A stretch of DNA of 64,000 nt from the human T2T-CHM13v2.0 reference genome, Homo sapiens: assembly GCF_009914755.1 (NCBI RefSeq), contig NC_060928.1; one strand, written 5' to 3'. The position numbers were made by a program, and so were the translations under genes. Of the stretch, positions 60,369 through 64,000 are shown in pieces. Within the stretch, counting starts at the first letter, position 1, and each line of letters starts with the position of its first letter. The notes beneath the pieces were generated by a model. The model saw only the letters and a list, made by a program, of their open reading frames with translations. It was not told the origin of the DNA and did no database searches.

Positions 60369-63300
60369 TATATGCCAACAGTGAACAATCTGAACAAGAA
60401 ATTTAAAAAGTAATCCCATTTACAATAGCCACAAATAAAATTAAATACCCAGGAATTAACCAAATAAGTGAAAGATCTCTATAATAAAAACTATTAATAT
60501 AATACACTGATGAAAGGAGTTGAAGAAGATACAAAAAATGGAAAGATATTCCATGTTCACAAATTGCAAGAATCAATATTGTTAAACTTCTCAAAAGAAG
60601 ACATATAAATGGCAAACAGATATATGAAAATGTGCTCAACATCATTGATTATTAGAGAAACGCAAATCTAAACTACAATGAGATATTATATCATCCCACC
60701 CCCGTTAAAATGGCTTATATCCAAAAGACAGGCAGTAACAAATCCTAGTGAGGATGTGGAGAAAAGGGAACCCTCGTACAGTGTTGGTAGGAATGCAAAT
60801 TAGTACAACCACTACGGAGAACAGTTCAAGGTTTCTCAAAAACCTAAAAAGAAAGCTACCATACGATCCAGCAATCCCACTATGGGGTATATACCCCAAA
60901 GAAAGGAAATCAGTACCTCTAAGAGGTATCTGGACTCCTGTGTTTGTTGCAACATTCTTTACAATAGCTAAGATTTGGAAGCAACTTAAGTGTCCATCAA
61001 CAGATGAATGGATAAAGAAAATGTGGTACTTACACACAATGGAATATTATTCAGCCATTTAAAAAAATGAGATCCTGCCATTTGCAACAACATAGATCAA
61101 ACTGGAGATCACTATGTTAAGTGAATTGAGCCAGGCACAGAAAGACAAACTTTGCATATTCTCACTTGTTTGTGGGATCTAAAAATCAAAACAATGGAAC
61201 TCATGGACACAGAGAGTAGAAGGATGGTTACAGAGGCTGGGAAGGGTAGTAGGAGGCTGGTGGGGAGGTAGGGATGGTTAATGCATACAAAAAGGTAGGA
61301 TGACTAATACCTACTCTTTGATAGCACAACAAGGTGACTATAATCCATAATAATGTAATTGTACATTTAAAAATAACTAAAATCGTGTAGTTGGGTAGTT
61401 TGTAACACAAAAGATAATGGCTTGAGGAGATGGATACCCCATTCTTCATGATGTGATTATTATGTGTTGCATGCCTGTATCAAAACATCTCACGTACCCC
61501 ATAAATGTATACACCTACTTTATAACCACAAAAATTAAAAATTAAAATGTTAAAATAAAAAATGGGTAAGATGGTAAATTTTGTTATAAATATTTTTAAT
61601 TTTTAAATTAAATTTTTAAAAATAAAAATAAAGGACTTTGGTGATTAAAGCAAAAATAAAAACTGGGTTAAAAACAGTTTAAGCAATAGGTATTGATTTG
61701 GTGAATGGTGACATGGCCAACTCAGCTGATTATTCATTGAACGTAATCCTGGAGGTTAGGGTTCAGAACTGAATACTGGAACAAATGCTCCTGGTAAACA
61801 TGAGTATTTCACCAAACCTTAATTGAATTTCTGATCTACCTAAAGTATAAGAAGGAGCTGGTCAAATAGATCTGACTCTAGCGTTCCAAAAGGGTAATCG
61901 GTGTCAGTGTGTCTGTTGAGATAAAAGATAATCTATACTTGAAATTTTCGCATATCACAGGCTAAAAAGCCCTCTGTGTAAATTAATTCCTAGTGGTCTA
62001 TATCTTTCTACATTAAAAATATGGGCAAATCAAATTTCCCCATCCACCAAAGGGACGAGGTGCTGGGGAAGGTCTGATTGTTTACTCTTTACTGTGTATT
62101 GTTGTCAGCAGTACATTGGTTAACTAGGAATTATTCTAAGTCCCTTCATTGCCCTGTTCTTCCAATCATTTGGCATCAGGTGAATGGTTCCAGCCTCCCT
62201 AGAGGCAGCAATAAAGGACAGGGACTGGTATTGGAAGATGGTGGGGCTGTAGACCAATACCTCTGCCTCCTGTATTATTTGTCTACCCAATAAAATAATA
62301 TTCTTTAATATAACAATTCACGTTTATCAATCTTGTTAAAGGATGAATTAAAGAATCTTTAGAAAAATGCTCCAGTCTAGGTAAAATCTGAACTTATTAT
62401 GCGTAACACAGGTTCAAGACAAGTCCCCTATAACTCCTTCACAATCCAGTTGCTAACATTTAGCCCCTCTTATAAGAAATTCTGCAGCCACCACTGTTCT
62501 AACTCCATTTCCATGCTGCATACATTTTCTGAGAGGGAGAAGAATCTTTAAACATCAAATTCTGCCATCTGTCTCAAAACTATATTCATATAAGACAATG
62601 TTTCCATAAGCCCCAGGAAATTGGTTTAGGTAAATAAAGGTAGATAATATCTATGTTAATAAAAGATAGTGATATATTTTCTCTCTCTTCTTCTTACTGT
62701 GTTCATTGTTTTTTTTTAAGTACCTAGGTAATGTCATCTTTTAATAACCCACACCTCCACCAATCCTTATAATGTAAATCATTCAGAATTTAGATTCTAA
62801 ATTAAATAAGGTTTATTATGCTCCTGGTTAAGAAAAGAAGGTTATCATAGTTTTGTGGAAGAGCTAAGAAAACACACCCCTAATTTTATGGGGAGGCTAT
62901 GGAGTGCAATGGAAAAGTACTTGAACTTTGGAGTAGCCCTGACTTTGAATCTGGACTTTTCACTTATTGGCTGTGTGAATCTAGCTGCATAACCTATTAC
63001 AAACTCAGTTTCCTTTAGCTATACGGTTGGAGGAAACTTTATCTAAATTTGTATCTCAGGGGGTTTTTGTGGTACTTAAATGAGATCCTCTATGCAGAAG
63101 CAGGGTGACAAGCAAGTACTTGGCATATGGTAACCGCACAGGAGATGGTAGTTATCAGAAAGAAGAGGTGTGTGAAAGCAGTAATCACCAGAGCTCTTGG
63201 CTAACTTTGTGAACTGCATGGGGTTGTTGAGTTTACCATCATTCTTTTTGGTTGTACCTTACTTATTTGAACACAGTTTTATTTCTTTCAGACTTGATGC

Positions 63301-63654
63301 AACTATATCTGTTATCAGTTTCTCATGGCTAAGATGTGAACGAGACAACAATAGGCAAAGCTCATTTATGATGTAGACCCAAGGTGGGCTGGAAAGTCTG
63401 GAATAAGCTGGAAAGGTCTTGATGGAACCTTTTGTGGGTGTTAGAAATGTTCTATATCATTTTTACCCTTTACATAGATTAGTACACTTTATCCATTCTG
63501 TGTATGTTACACTTTAATAAACATTTTTAAATGATTTGATAAGGATCACAAGACCCACCCATACCAAATCCACTATTAAAGCAAGTTGATTTTATTTTTA
63601 ATAAGCCTCACTGAATTTAATAAAGTTTTTTGTGCGAATTTAAAAATGACATCT

Positions 63655-63925
63655 GGCTGGGCATGGCGGCTCATGCCTGTAATCCCAGCAATCTGGGAGT
63701 TTGAGACCAGCCCTGGCAACATAATGAGACCCTGACTTTACAAAAAATTTTAAAAAATTTAAAAAAAAAATTAGCTGGGTGTGGTGGTGCTTGCCTATGG
63801 TCCCAGCTACTCAGGAAGTTGAGGTGGGAGGATCGCTTGAGCCCGGGAGGTCAAGGATGCATGAGTCGAGGTTGTGCCACTGCTCTCCAGCCTGGGCGAC
63901 AGAGTGTCTCAAAAAATAAATAAAC
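63655..63925 (+). mobile_element. AluJ-like with left-arm deletion
   Basis: ctgggag|tttgagacc skips ~30 nt. Confidence 0.9.
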
Positions 63926-63926
63926 A

Positions 63927-64000
63927 GGCTGGGCGTGGTGGCTCACGCCTGTAATCCCAGCACTTTGGGAGGCCAAGGCGGGCAGATCACGAGGTCAAGA
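63927..64000 (+). mobile_element. Alu 5' end, cut by window edge
   Basis: ggctgggcgtggtggctcacgcctgtaatcccagc. Confidence 0.93.

Larger units (their letters stand above)
59696..61555 (+). mobile_element. 5'-truncated L1 (L1MA/L1PB-like): ORF2 RT remnant, internal deletion, ORF2 C-terminus and 3' UTR
   Basis: gggatgcaaggatgg and tttgcagat..atgatc (FADD-motif region). ORF 60748-61062 ([15 protein letters not shown]...[14 protein letters not shown]) is the L1 ORF2 C-terminus. TSD taaaaaa(c/t)gggta. Confidence 0.92.

Noticed and set aside
60748-61062. 104-aa ORF with recognisable protein motifs
   Set aside because: Decayed L1 ORF2 C-terminus, not a host gene.

Overview
Human/hominoid genomic DNA, repeat-rich and almost entirely intronic. 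The only supportable coding sequence is a 155-nt internal exon at 40355-40509 (+), encoding [52 protein letters not shown] recognise this as the PDZ domain of SHROOM3 (exon 2), so the window is the end of intron 1, exon 2 and the start of intron 2. Small-RNA loci are a full-length U6 copy fused to an L1 3' end inside one target-site duplication (TSD), and two intronic miRNA hairpins (MIR4450, and the MADE1-derived MIR548AH). The rest is about 28 Alu pieces, L1, MaLR LTRs, DNA transposon fossils, MIR/L2 and microsatellites. The supplied ORFs are chance or repeat-derived. I see no convincing undescribed biological system. The most unusual observations are rearrangement scars: a fold-back templated insertion inside an Alu head, a trimeric Alu in one TSD, a tailless Alu with a TSD, three-level TE nesting around MIR548AH, an AT-rich inverted repeat, and a NAGNAG acceptor on the PDZ exon. 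Gene and repeat names come from recalled sequences, not database searches, and old-repeat boundaries are approximate.
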